Shown here: in pieces, positions 13,231 through 25,799 of the stretch
How the letters are laid out: each line of letters opens with the position of its first letter
Numbering within the stretch: the first letter of the stretch is position 1
Source: Octopus bimaculoides
Lineage: Eukaryota
Direction of reading: 5' to 3'
DNA: 49,472 bases
Assembly: GCF_001194135.2 (NCBI RefSeq)
Contig: NC_068987.1
Location: forward strand, 29,286,676 to 29,336,147
The notes under the pieces: generated by a model
What the model saw: only the letters and a program-made list of their open reading frames with translations
Database searches by the model: none
Told to the model about the DNA's origin: nothing
Program-made: the position numbers and the translations under genes

Positions 13231-13614
13231 AAGAAACACACAAATGCCCCTCCAAATATATATATATATATATANNNNNNNNNNNNNNNNNNNNNNNNNN
13301 NNNNTATGATGATATCTCCACAATGTGTTGATGATGAGAAAAACATGTAATCGCTACCAATATAGCAAGAGATTTCTCCGCAAAAAGTCTAAAGTAGACT
13401 CCTTAAGGATCGTTCTCCTTGGTTATATATACTCTTTGTTCTTTACCTTTTTTCCCTGAAGATGTGTAAGGTAATTTATATGTTTAATTTGAATTTGACA
13501 GTTAAATATAGCCTTATACAGAAATGTTGACATAGGAATAAATTTCAATAATAATGGATATCAGTGTCAAAACTCTCTTTTAAATTTTAAATTTATATAT
13601 ATATATATATATAC

Positions 13615-13774
13615 ACGACTGGTTTCTTTCAGTTTCGTCTGTCAAATCCACTCACAAGGAGCTTTGATCTGCCCGAGGCTAATGTAGAAGTTTTTTGTTT
13701 AAGGTACCCTGTAGTAGGACTGACCTGGCATCGTGTAGCTGCCAAGCAAACTGCTAGCCACACAGTCACGCCTC
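13615..13774 (-). mobile_element. SINE family B, 5' half (tRNA head and body)
   Basis: TTCTTTCAGTTTCGTCTGTCAAATCCACTCACAAGG to GCCACACAGTCACGCCTC is homologous to 1447-1610. Confidence 0.8.
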
Positions 13775-14204
13775 ACTTTGATTTGTTTTAATATTTCAGT
13801 AAACGGAATTATTTAAAGGGGTTATTTAAAAACACCTTCAAGAATGTGGGGAAACTTTTTGTTTAGTGCCATATCTTTTATTAATTCATATATTTTCACA
13901 TGCCATCCATGTGTATCATGGGAAACAGTATTGGATATGATAAAAATTGATATAACTAGATTCCTACGATCCTTCAAAACACAAATTCAGACATTAATTG
14001 CATTTGTGTAATTTTTGTGCACAGCTGTGTATGCATGCATTATTCCATATCTTTGAATATAAGACATTCCTATGTATTTATATGAATTTAATATAGTTTT
14101 AATATATATACTGGCAATTAAATGCACATATATGCATATACGTTGAAGCAAACATGCATGTATACATGTATGGGTGTATCTTAAAAGGATCAATGAACTT
14201 TTCC

Positions 14205-14407
14205 GAGGCCTTGGCTCATAAGACCGGTTTCCAGGATTCAGAGGTGTATATATTCCCCACTGGATAGGATTACTCATACTTGCCATCTGAGTGGGCAGGA
14301 GCAACGTGAAATAAAGTGTTGCTCAAGTATCAACGAGTCCGGGAAGCGAAGGCACAATTTTATGACGTTGAGTACAACGGCCTAACCACAAAACCATGCA
14401 GTTCCAC
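14205..14407 (-). mobile_element. tRNA-derived SINE (family C-type head and central domain)
   Basis: The minus strand reads GCATGGTTTTGTGGTTAGG (degenerate A box), later TTGAGCAACACTTTATTTCACGTTGCTCC and CACTCAGATGGCAAGTATGAGTA. Confidence 0.7.
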
Positions 14408-14420
14408 ATGTCTTAGTATA

Positions 14421-14483
<63 letters not shown>

Positions 14484-16789
14484 TCATACACAATGGCATA
14501 TCTGTGTTCAAGATGATTGAAATCGTTTAGCAGAGAATTGTGCAGTAATTGGTGCAATATCGCAAGTTATTTTGAATATGTGATGGTTAATTATTGTTAG
14601 TTTAATTTGAAGACTAGAGACAAAAAATAAAGAAGACAGTAGAAGAAGATAAGCTGAACAGTGGCGTAATATGGCTTCCCTGGTGAAGAGGAATAACCTC
14701 TATACTTTCTAAAATACCTAGGAGGGAGAAAGCTATTGCTTGTTAAATTGTTCTTGTAATAGTATGTTAGTTCAATATCATTCGCTATAACTCTATTGAA
14801 AATCGTTCAAGAAAATTATATAACTTTACTAACACTAGAATGCATGAATTGTGCAAAAAAATTGTTATGTAAATAAGCGAAATACACAAGTCAAAAATAA
14901 TGACAGGACTAGATTAGAAGTGAAATAGATGCGAAAATAGAATTAATTAACTGTTGGAAAATTAACAAGAAATCTGTAAACATGCGCAAACAGACATATA
15001 TGCTTCATGATGAAGTAGTTTTAGTTATTCTTAATGACAAATACATTTTGTGTAGAATGTATTATTCTATTATTATACAGATACAGTAATAACATAAATA
15101 TATTCTTTCCCAAACATTATAATTTAAATAAAAGTTAGTTATTAATAAAATTACTGTTACGTTAGCATTATTATTTTTTGAATGAAGCAAAACTAATAAT
15201 ATTGATTATATTTGGATGTATTGTTGAGAAGTTGAGGCGAAGTTATATAAGAAACCTAAAATTATATTTGCAAGTAGATGTTAATATAATTGAAATAATA
15301 CAATTATTACATTTTAAGTGAAAGCTGAAATGTTGAGTCAGTGAAGGGATTTGCTGTCAATATTGAGCGTAATCTAATTCTCCAAGGTCTTCTCAACTTG
15401 GATGTGTGACTAATTAAAAATAAGGTAATACGAATTATTGGATATACTCTACTTACATTTCTCTCCTTTGCATTTTTATGCTAAGCTTATTTAATTTCTT
15501 TACATGGATGGGTTTTTTGTGCGAGAGTTAGTGATTGTACATTGCTAATAGTCAAAAACATGAAATTTGCGCTGATGAAGTTGTTGACTAGTTTCTGGAG
15601 TTCCTGGTGTTTGACAGCGTGTAAAAGAACCTTCTTTGTATTGAAGCTCAGCGATGGGTGGGATTTTAGTAACTCGATATATTAAATAGTCCACCATGAA
15701 AGCGGTATCTTGTGTCAACAACAAGTTTGTCTGAAGAAAATTTCAAAAGCATCGAAGAAAAGTTATTTTGATCAAAACAATAGCTTGACTTAACATTGTG
15801 CATTGCTTAAACGTCGGTTAAAATTGTTTGAACAATAAGAACTAACCTCGTGTCTTCTCCTGGTACTACACATTGAAAAGGTTTTCGCTTTTTTTCCACC
15901 ATATGGAAAATGCTTTTTGTTGTATTCTTATTTTCTTATTTTCTATTTTAGTAGTCTTTTTATCGAAAGTATCACAAGAATAACGAAACCCGTTCTGATA
16001 TTCATAAAGTTCTCGGCAATGAATTGGAGACGGACTAGAAATATGCTTGCATCCAACAAATGACAGCAATGGTATTTCACGCCAATTCTCACAAAACGTT
16101 CCATTTCCTTCCTGAAGATGAAAATAACTGCATTTTTTATATTTAGATCGATTAGGTGGTTTTCCCTTATATTCAAAATCAGAGAAAATCCTAATTTTAA
16201 GAGGCAGTCAGGTCTGATTAATAATTCAAGAGAAATGTTTTCTAATCCTGAATATTTTCGCGGTTTCGTTCTGTTCATAGCATTTGAGAACGCTTGATAT
16301 GACGTCCGTACATTCATGTATGTCTACTCGTAATTATGAGTGATATTTCTCAAGAAATTCTATGCAGGTTTTGGGTTCCGATTTAGCAGCGAAGAAAATT
16401 GTTTCTTCCTACATTCGAGGGTATCATGCGGATTCATCAAGATGTTAGAGTGTCGACTAATCCGTACTCTCTTAGAGGTTCCTCAAATGATGGGCATCTG
16501 CAAAGTTTTAAAGCTTTGTTACCTTCTGCTGCCTCCAGTTATTCTATATCTCTCTTAGTATGCATGGTATTAGTAGCTGAGCTTATGACAACGACAACGA
16601 GTTATTTAAGTCATATTCATAGGTATTGCTCTCAGAGATATCTTAAATGACTCAGGTTTTATATCACGAGAAACAATAGTCATAATGTATTTGCATGTAT
16701 GTGTGTATATTCGAATATGTGTTTGTATATACATATATAAATATATANNNNNNNNNNNNNNTATATATATATATATATATGTATGTAAA

Positions 16790-16890
16790 ATATATTTTCC
16801 AACTAAATGTGGCGGTCCTGTACAGGACGATGTTGCTGTTGTCTTTAGCCCCAGGAAGACATATCCACTAGCTGGCCAGCGACACAGTCT
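16790..16890 (-). mobile_element. Retroelement 3'-end fragment with stem-loop; second copy at 17141-17200
   Basis: Two 60-nt copies, about 83% identical, both keep the GTCCT..AGGAC stem. Strand and family are inferred. Confidence 0.45.
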
Positions 16891-17720
16891 GTGTCCGATT
16901 AGTATTTGCAAGGGCGGTCATCGCTCCCATCTCTAGCCTTACATTATACAATAATACACACAGAGCCAAGTTTCTGGGTGGTTACCCCTCTTCAGTGGCT
17001 AGTGATGAAGAACTCATTCCACTCACAAAATACTATATCCTTTTTCTTGCGACATACTGTCGCTAATCTCGTAAAAGAGAGAGATAAGTTATATTAAATC
17101 TCTGAGCGAAAGATAAACAGTAACATTACGGAATCGTAAGATATATTTGCCAACTAAATGTGGTTGTCCTATAGAGGACGGTGCTACCGTTGTTTTTAGC
17201 TGTTGTGCATATATATATATATAAACATATTGACTTATAGGTATACATACGTGTGTATATAAATACATATACACGCGTGCATGCAACACACACGCGCATA
17301 CACATATCTATATATATATAATTCTCTATCAAACATTAATTGATATATCATTCAAAAAAGTTTAACAAGTTTATCATATTTATTTTCATTGGGGAATTAT
17401 TGACAAAGACACTGATTTCGAAGTTAGTTTTATTTTTCAGGGATTGCTTCCAAAGCCTTTTATGTACTTTGGAAGAGGAGCTTATAGATTAGAATGAACG
17501 TGTGATTAAATAGAGTATGTTGTTGTATATAGAATAATTTTTAATTGCAAAAGTGGTTAAGCAGAAATTAGAAGTTAATATGATTAATGTAATATATATT
17601 ATTAATTAACTGAAGCTAAAGAGAACGACGCGGGGTGAGAAAAAATAGACAGAATAAAAGACAGAAATATGCAAAGAAGAAGAGGTAGACAAAAGTAAAG
17701 GCAAATATGTTAGGGTGACA

Positions 17721-17940
17721 AAAGCGGCGAAATGGCAGAATTGTTTGAAGGCCAGACAAAATGCTTAGCGGTATTTCATTCGTCTTTACGTTCTGAGTTC
17801 AAATGCCACAGAGGATGACTTTACCTTTCATCATTTCGGAGTCGATAAAATAAATACCAGTTGACTACTGTGATCGATGCAATCGACTTACACTCTCCCC
17901 AGAAATTGGTGGCCCCGTGTCAACATTTGGAATCAATATT
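17721..17940 (+). mobile_element. SINE family A
   Basis: AAAGCGGCGAAATGGCAGAATTG, then CTGAGTTCAAATGCC and GTCGATAAAATAAATACCAGTTG. Confidence 0.85.
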
Positions 17941-18644
17941 TGTAGGGTCGTAAGAGTAAAAGCGAAGAAGTCTGCAAATCATTGAGTTGCTGCTGTTTTG
18001 TGAACGTCAATTCCATTTTATAACATTGTAAATGTTCCTTTCACCAAACATATTGGGATATATTTGGTGAAATAAATTAGGGACTGGTTTAGTATGTTAT
18101 TGTTTGAAGTCATTCAATTATGTAAAGACAGTTCAAATAGTTTAAATTTGTATCTGAGCAGCAGTCAAAGACACCTTAATCCACAAGAGTTGAACTGTGT
18201 TTGACCTGTGCATCCTGTACAAATTTACCCAATTTATTCTTGAGAGATTTGAAACAACACATACAAATCGATCCAAATATATCCAAGTATGTAACTACAT
18301 TACACTGTATATTTGAAATTCTGCAAAATGCTTATTTAAACTGTAGAAAGATCCTTCAATGTAACTACCCTGAACTTTATTTCTGATGGTAATTTTCAGT
18401 GCTACATCTGTCCCCTTGTTTCATCATATGCCGATCCCTTCCGAATCTTGACAAGCATGATGCTTTGTCCATAAGATCTAACAGTAACGAAACAAGAAAA
18501 GATAAGTTCTCACTCCATCGTCTTTAATTTGCCAAAATTTGGATTAGCTAATATCATTGCACCTACATCTTTTCGCTGTTGTTCAGACTTTAAACACTCT
18601 TAGATGGGATGTTCGTCTCAACAATAAACGTGTTTAATATACAT

Positions 18645-18687
18645 ACAGGAGCAGGAGTGGCAGTAAGAAGCTTGCTTCCCAAAAACC
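18645..18687 (+). mobile_element. SINE family B head fragment
   Basis: ACAGGAGCAGGAGTGGCAGTAAGAAGCTTGCTTCCCAA, cut off at a (TGT)n tract. Confidence 0.7.
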
Positions 18688-18726
18688 TGTTGTTGTTGTT
18701 GTTGTTGTTATTGTTGTTGTCATTAT

Positions 18727-18947
18727 GAGGGGGCGAACTAGCGGAATCGTAAGCACGCCAGGAGAAACGCATAATGGTATTCCGTCTGCTGCTATGTTGT
18801 GTTCAAATTCCGCCGGGGTCGACTTTGTCTTTCGATGAATTAAATACCAGTTGGGTACTGAGGTGGATGTAATGAGTTACTCCCTCCCAGAGAATTTTAG
18901 ATCTTCTGCTTATAGTTGAAAGGATTATTATTATTATTATTATTATT
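18727..18947 (+). mobile_element. SINE family A with (ATT)n tail
   Basis: GAGGGGGCGAACTAGCGGAATCG, then GTTCAAATTCCGCCGGGGTCGAC, ending GGATTATTATT. Confidence 0.85.
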
Positions 18948-19117
18948 AAGGCAGCGAGATGACAGAATCTTTAGTGCACTGAAAGAAATGCGAAGCGGTA
19001 TTTCGCTATTCGCTGAGTTCAAATTCCGCCGAGGTCGACATTGCCTCTTGTCCTTTCGGGGTCTATCAAATAAGTACTGTGCCAGGTAATAGATAGGATC
19101 ATTATTATCATTATTAC
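18948..19117 (+). mobile_element. SINE family A directly after the previous copy's tail
   Basis: AAGGCAGCGAGATGACAGAATC, then GAGTTCAAATTCCGCCGAGGTCGAC, with an ATT-rich tail. Confidence 0.85.
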
Positions 19118-20458
19118 TGTTATATGCATTAATAGCGTATCTATATACGGTTCCATTTATTCTTGTTTATAGCAAGTACCATTATTTAAACATAGAGTAA
19201 TGTTTAACAGTAAATCTATACAAGTGTTTATATATGTGTGTGTGTGTGTGTGGATGCATAATTTTATATGTGTGTGTGTATATATACTTCTACATACATA
19301 TATATAGATATATAGATATATATATATATATACACACACACACACGCCTATAGTTATACATTTAATTATACATGAATATATATCTCTGTACGTTATTGCG
19401 TGTGTGAGCGCGTGTATATTTGAAGATATATATTCTAACATAAGAAGTATATACCTATACATATTTCCATTAATTTCTGATTCTGACTGCACCATTACAA
19501 TTTGAATATGGTACAATATTTATATGTGTATTTGTATGTTTCAGCGCATATATATTTGTGTGTACGCACGTATGTATATATTTGAGTATACATGTATATG
19601 TGCATATATAGCTATATATATTCCTGTATATAGGATATATATCTAATGTATATTGCTTTTACATTTACATATTTAGTTGCATTCACATAGTCTGTTCATA
19701 ACTATATATGCTGAAGCAGGATAAATATTATGAATATTTGCACGCACCGAGTCCCCCGAAAATATTCACCTGCCATTGTAAATTATAACTAATGATAAGA
19801 AATTAACTTTACCGCACCCAACTTCTCCACCGTCCAACGGTGTATTACAACAATGGCTCGAATCAGTATGATGAAGAGTGTCGGTATTAGTAAATTATAC
19901 TTTAGCTATCTCTTCACCACATTACAGATTACCAGTTACGTGACACATGCAGTTCCTAATTTGAATGTCGATGTAGCATTCTTAAGAGAAAATTGTGTAA
20001 TTCTACACAGATGAGCTAAAACTAAAGGTTAAAGTAATGTAAATCAGTAAATTATTATGTGTTTAGATGAAGCCGGCAGTCTTGTTTGGTGAAGCTTAGT
20101 AGAGGTAGGATGATAAACTGTGGAATTCACGAAGAGATATTTTTGTTGTTTAAAACATTCTCTTGTTATTTTCCGAGTAAGGCATAATTAACGTATTTTA
20201 CATTTATGTTTTTTAATTTTTTTAATATATGTTTTATTTTCACTTTCGCTTCAATTTCTTTTTAAGAAAGACATGTTTTTCGAATGCATTATTGAAATCA
20301 AAATATTTACAAACAGAAAGGTATTTTCAAAGGATGTATCATTCTTCAAAATTATGTTAGTTTACTGCAGGCTAGAAATTCACATCTATTCAGTATACGC
20401 GGCTCAGTTGCACTAAAGGTAAATAGTAAATTACCATTGTTCCTACTAGTAGTATAAT

Positions 20459-20534
<76 letters not shown>

Positions 20535-20569
20535 GGTAGTAGTAGTAGTGGTGGTAGTAGTAGTAGTAT

Positions 20570-20602
<33 letters not shown>

Positions 20603-20615
20603 CAGTAGCAGCAGT
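20459..20615. repeat. (AGT)n trinucleotide repeat with GGT/AGC variants
   Basis: Read directly. Confidence 0.97.
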
Positions 20616-21111
20616 ATTAAATTAAAAGGTAAATAAAAGAAAGCATCATATTTTTTCTCTTACTCCTCCTCCTCCTTTTTCTTCTTCTTATAATAATAAT
20701 AATAATAATTATTATTATTATTATTATTGGTGTTGTTGTTGTTGTTATTGTTGTTGTTGTTATTATTATTATTTCGATTTTGTATTTGGTTTGCAAGATT
20801 ATTTATGTGGATTCGTGTGTTGAAGCATATTTTATTGTCTGAGGAGAGTCATTCGCTTTTAGAGTCTTATTACTTAACATACTCACCGGTTCGATTTCCA
20901 CTCATTTACTTATATATTTTTCTAAAATGTTTGTTGTGTCTTGCAACCTCCTCAATAGCAGTTCACTCTTGAAGTGAACGACTATCAAAGAGATTGCAAG
21001 ACGCAACGGAAATTTTAGAAAAGCAAATAAGTAACTGAGTGGAAATCGAACCGGTAAGCGTGTTAATTGATAAGGCACTAAAGGAGAGTGACATTCCCCA
21101 GATACAGTAAA

Positions 21112-21392
21112 ATTATTATTGTTATTATTTATTGTCTTTGCACAGCTTCTAACGCTGGAGATGTACTACGGTGCCAGCTGTTCATTACCAGTGAACTAAG
21201 GTTACATCCCTTGTTTTTCGAACACCAACCGGAGTATTCGAGGGGTTCCAAGCAGTGCTGTTTTCTGAAAGTGCTCCACCATTCTTGCAGCCCCTAATTT
21301 GTTCCTTGTACTTCTCAAGATTTTTACTCACAGTTCCCATGGCTCCGACAATTATTGGTACTTCTACCACCTTTTTCAGCGACCGCAAAACG
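21112..21392 (-). mobile_element. R4/Dong-like RLE non-LTR retrotransposon, 5'-truncated 3' end
   Basis: SLKKVVEVPIIVGAMGTVSKNLEKYKEQI is the RLE C-terminus. The 3' UTR is clearly homologous to 44400-44500 and ends in a TAA-rich tail. Confidence 0.85.
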
Positions 21393-21899
21393 TAAAACAC
21401 AAAAGAAAAAGAAACCAGATGAAGCTACACCAACACCTTAAAACACAGCAACCCCCAGCTCATCGAACATAGAAACAGCAAATGCATCACCAGTACCATG
21501 CGCCCATCACTGCTCGCCAAAGACCGAATACTTACTTTGTTTCCCCGTAGCAACTCTGCCACCTGGCCCATCGAATGGCTTTCGTCCCCTCCCATCACAG
21601 TGTACGTGCCCTAACTCGGACAACGTATCCTTCGTGTTTGGCATTGAAGAATTGATCAAGAGCCAACCAAATCCGCCAATGCACTCAAAACCACACGTAT
21701 CCCCAAAATAATGCTCACAGCAACCAAAACAGAAACACCCAATTACGTGTTTGTGAGGAAACTCAACAAGAATTTGATGGCCCTCATAGCTAGAAACAAG
21801 GTGATTGAGAGAGAGAGAGAGAGCAATTTACGATACCAGTACCCTTAGGGTGCCGGATCACTTAATGCTAATTTAGCTCGCACTCAGACTTTACAAAGA

Positions 21900-22640
21900 C
21901 ATTCAGAGGGATATGGTGTTCTCATATCAAGCTAAACAGAGCTAAACATGTTGGTGTTATATCTAGGGTGTCATGTACTTGGTTTTGTATAGAGTATTGT
22001 TCTAGAGAATGTTTAAGGAAACATAAGAAAATTATGAGTTTGTTTTAAAACTTGAGATTACGTAAACAGTATTTTACGTTAGGATATGGGCTATCTTTTG
22101 AATTTCTGCCATTTTGGGATTTCCTGATATCTGAGCTAGGTAGCAATCAGCCCCTTCTTCTATCATTCCTAGGGCACTTATGACAACAGGTATTTCTTTA
22201 GTCTTGAGGTTCCACATGTTGCCAATTTCTATTTCAAGTTCTTTATACTTGCTCAGTTTTTGGTAGGTCTTGACAGATACATTTATATCGATTGGGACAG
22301 TCATATCTATGAGGAAGCATGATTTTGTCTGAAGTCTTTCAATATAATGTCTGGCCTATTCACATTTATTTTTCTGTCAGTCTGAATGCTGAAATTTCAT
22401 AGGAGTGAGATGTGACCGTTTTCAAGCACTGGAGGTGGTTTTTGTCCCCACCAATTTTGTCATGTGACAGGTCCATGTTTTCCAAAATTACCCAATGAAT
22501 ATATTGTTCTGCTCTATCAAGCCTGTTGAGATACTCTGTAGGCCCAAGAAGACTGCATATGGAGACAACATGATCAATGGTTTCATTTTGTTGTTGACAT
22601 TTTGTTGCTGTTAATGATATACTGCCAGGCAGTTCTGCAC
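21900..22640 (-). mobile_element. R4/Dong-like RLE retrotransposon fragment (second family; CCHC knuckle + restriction-like endonuclease + 3' UTR)
   Basis: Manual translation gives CQQQNETIDHVVSICS, then EYLNRLD, NRPDIILKD, IDMTVP, KLSKYKELEIEI and IPVVISALG; frameshifted. Confidence 0.88.
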
Positions 22641-23330
22641 TTTAAAGTTTTCGCATATTGGCATTAACGTCGCTACAGCCAAGACAACTACCATACTTAC
22701 TTTGTGTTACTTTTCTCAATGTGACATATTTCATACTACGATTGTAATATTACGATAGATATATACTTACTGGTATCTATTAATAAATATTTTTTTTCTT
22801 TTATACATGTAAATGAACTTTAATCCGACTATATCATCCATGAAAAATCCAACCAAAAATCGGCCACGGTTTAAAAGTTATCGAGTTACTCCAGTATCCT
22901 ATATCTATCCTATTACAGTAGTAAAATGAGAGAGGTGGGAGGGAGAAGTAGGGACATAAACAGAGACAGAAACAGAGTTGGAGGGAGGCGTTCATGAAAG
23001 TAGTAAGTACAATTTTAGTTATAAGCGTAATATTTAATCACTGAGAGTGCACAAGAAGTGGATGCTATGATTGTCTACATAAATAAAATAAACAAATAAA
23101 CAAAACAGAATAGACGTCAACAATACCACATAAAACTAATACGACATATTTACCACGCAAACATACCTACATACACGCACACTTACGCAAACACATACGG
23201 ATACGCATAGAGAGGCATGTGGTTAAATATGTGTGTGCGTATGCTTGTGTGTATGTACATATGTGTGGATACATATGTATGCATACTGATACTCACATGT
23301 TTACAAATATATACACTACATATATTCACT

Positions 23331-23363
<33 letters not shown>

Positions 23364-23685
23364 ACAGACAGACAGACAGACAGACAGACATATAGACAGA
23401 TATTTATGTATTAGATGTTTTATTCCTTAATATCATTTCCCCTTCTTATTTTGAGTCACTGGCAATGTGTGCTGAGAGGAGATTGTTTGAATAAATACTG
23501 CGTAAGTAACTATCTTGTGCAGTATTTAATATGGCTTTCGTAATAATTCACTTTTAAATTCATGATACTAACTACTTCGAATGATTTCACTCATATCCCT
23601 TTCTTGTGTGCATATATGTGTGTATATGTGTATATGTGTGCATTTATATAGATAGATAGATACGCAAATATATAGATACATACAA

Positions 23686-23719
<34 letters not shown>

Positions 23720-23769
23720 ATATTAGGGACAAAATCCAAAATATATATATTTCCCTAAAACTATATATA

Positions 23770-23990
23770 NNNNNNNNNNNNNNNNNNNNNNNNNNNNNNN
23801 NNNNNNNNNNNNNNNNNNNNNNNNNNNNNNNNNNNNNNNNNNNNNNNNNNNNNNNNNNNNNNNNNNNNNNNNNNNNNNNNNNNNNNNNNNNNNNNNNNNN
23901 NNNNNNNNNNNNNNNNNNNNNNNNNNNNNNNNNNNNNNNNNNNNNNNNNNNNNNNNNNNNNNNNNNNNNNNNNNNNNNNNNNNNNNNNNN
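23770..23990. other. Assembly gap (N) in (TA)n
   Basis: N run. Confidence 1.
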
Positions 23991-24574
23991 TATATATATA
24001 TATAAATATACATGTATGCATGTATGTATGCTTAGGATTTACATATATAGCGGACACATATTTCAAGGAGTTATGAACACAAAAACATTTATATTCATTC
24101 ACTGTTTAACATATAAGGTATTAAATTTTCCGTTGCCCTTCTTCGACCTGGTCGCTGGTACAAGTCTAATGTAACTATTCAAATTTAGTTACTAGTAAGT
24201 TCTTACATACCTCAGGGCTTCTTTTTTTCTTTATCTTCTCTTTCCATTTAAGTTGAGCATTCAGGTAAACGAATCTACTGCATAGTTCTAATTTGACACT
24301 TAGACGATCGTCTACTTATTTGTAAGTTTCGTTGCTAACTTTTCTTCTCTCTCTACTTTCTTTGCTGGTTGTTTAGTAGGTAGTTTTGTGGTTTTGAGCG
24401 GATATGGGTGTCGTTCGCTATGCATATATAATGTCGTTAAGAAATAACTGCGTATAGCATATGTATCTTGAAATCGGATTCTTGTGATGTTGGTACATAT
24501 GACCGTAAGGTAAAGACAGCACAAATAATAAGTTAGAAATATAATAGATGAAATCAAACACACACCCACACACG

Positions 24575-24819
24575 TATACATACATACATACATACATACA
24601 TATGTATATACATATATATATATATATACATACATACATATATATGTATATACATATATATATATACATATATATATATATACATACATACATATATATG
24701 TATATACATATATATATATATACATACATACATATATATGTATATACATATATATATATATACATACATACATATATATATACATACATACATATATATA
24801 TACATACATACATATATAT

Positions 24820-24874
<55 letters not shown>

Positions 24875-24890
24875 TATACATATATACATG
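24575..24890. repeat. CATA/TA compound satellite with 40-bp and 20-bp higher-order units
   Basis: The 40-mer TACATACATACATATATATGTATATACATATATATATATA occurs at 24681 and 24721; the 20-mer TACATACATACATATATATA occurs x4 at 24761-24840. Confidence 0.9.
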
Positions 24891-25062
24891 TGTTTATATG
24901 TGTCCATAAATATATAAATGCATAAATAATGTAGTGCATATCTGTATAAAGCTGATGGGAGAGGACTATATGCATCTATTAAGTATGGTTCATTGTTATT
25001 ACACAGTTCAGACGTAGTTCGTATCGTTGTACAGGAGCAAATTTAGTTAACTCTGTTACCAA

Positions 25063-25117
<55 letters not shown>

Positions 25118-25120
<3 letters not shown>

Positions 25121-25795
25121 GGAGAACTGTTCCGTGATAGAGTAATGAGAAATGTGCCCCGTATGTGCCACCCCTTCGTTCACCGCATGCAGTTTTCAGG
25201 ATACAGCCATAGAGAAAGGATCAGAGTATACAAAGGAGCCATGAGGAAATTTGAAACTATCGTATGTATCGATAGGAATGGGATTTGCCCACTCTATTCG
25301 AGCAAGTCATGAAACATTATTGAAAGAACTAAGAAGAAAATAGGGAAGGACAACTCATGGTGTGATAGCCACAAATACCAGAGTGTCATGTTTATCGACA
25401 CCATCCCTAGAGGCGAACTGGCGTATCGCTTTAGCTGGGCTCTAGACAAACTTAAGCTAAGAATTAAGATTTGAGGAAAGCCCAGGCAGCCCTATCAAAT
25501 CCCTTATCGGTAGAACCTACTCTTTTAGTAGAACCCCCTGTACCGATAGGAACTTTATGTAGATGGAGACCACAAACAAACTGTAAAGCTAGGAATGTAG
25601 TCTACAGTATAAGATGTGCAGAGAGACGGTGCTGTAACAAGACAATGATGTACGAAGGAGAGACAGCGCGGAGCATAGGCGAGCGTGTAAATGGTCATTG
25701 GAGTGAACTTAAGGAAGATAAGGGCTCATCGGTTCTGTACCAGCACGCCGAGCAGGAACACGGGGTCTCACTCAACAACGTAGAATTTATTTAAA
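25118..25795 (+). mobile_element. Penelope-like element fragment 1 (RT thumb, Cys linker, GIY-YIG endonuclease; Neptune/Naiad-like)
   Basis: FVHRMQFSGY, PLYSSKS*, SVMFIDTIPRGELA, then (frameshifts) CKARNVVYSIRC, YEGETARSIGERVNGH and SVLYQHAEQEH. Confidence 0.88.
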
Positions 25796-25799
25796 TTGG

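Noticed and set aside
15866-16650. Cluster of overlapping ORFs, including a roughly 115-codon open minus-strand frame
   Set aside because: No recognisable motif, stops immediately upstream in the same frame and no convincing splice pair; an old relic cannot be excluded.
24312-24975. Long YI/MYV/HT-rich ORFs (also 8450-8941, 29082-29330, 32663-33096, 47682-48080)
   Set aside because: Translations of microsatellites.
25310-25312. In-frame TGA in PLE fragment 1 as possible selenocysteine (some Naiad PLEs encode selenoproteins)
   Set aside because: It aligns to a conserved Trp position (PLY..K.W), so TGG-to-TGA decay is simpler. The copy is also frameshifted and I see no SECIS.
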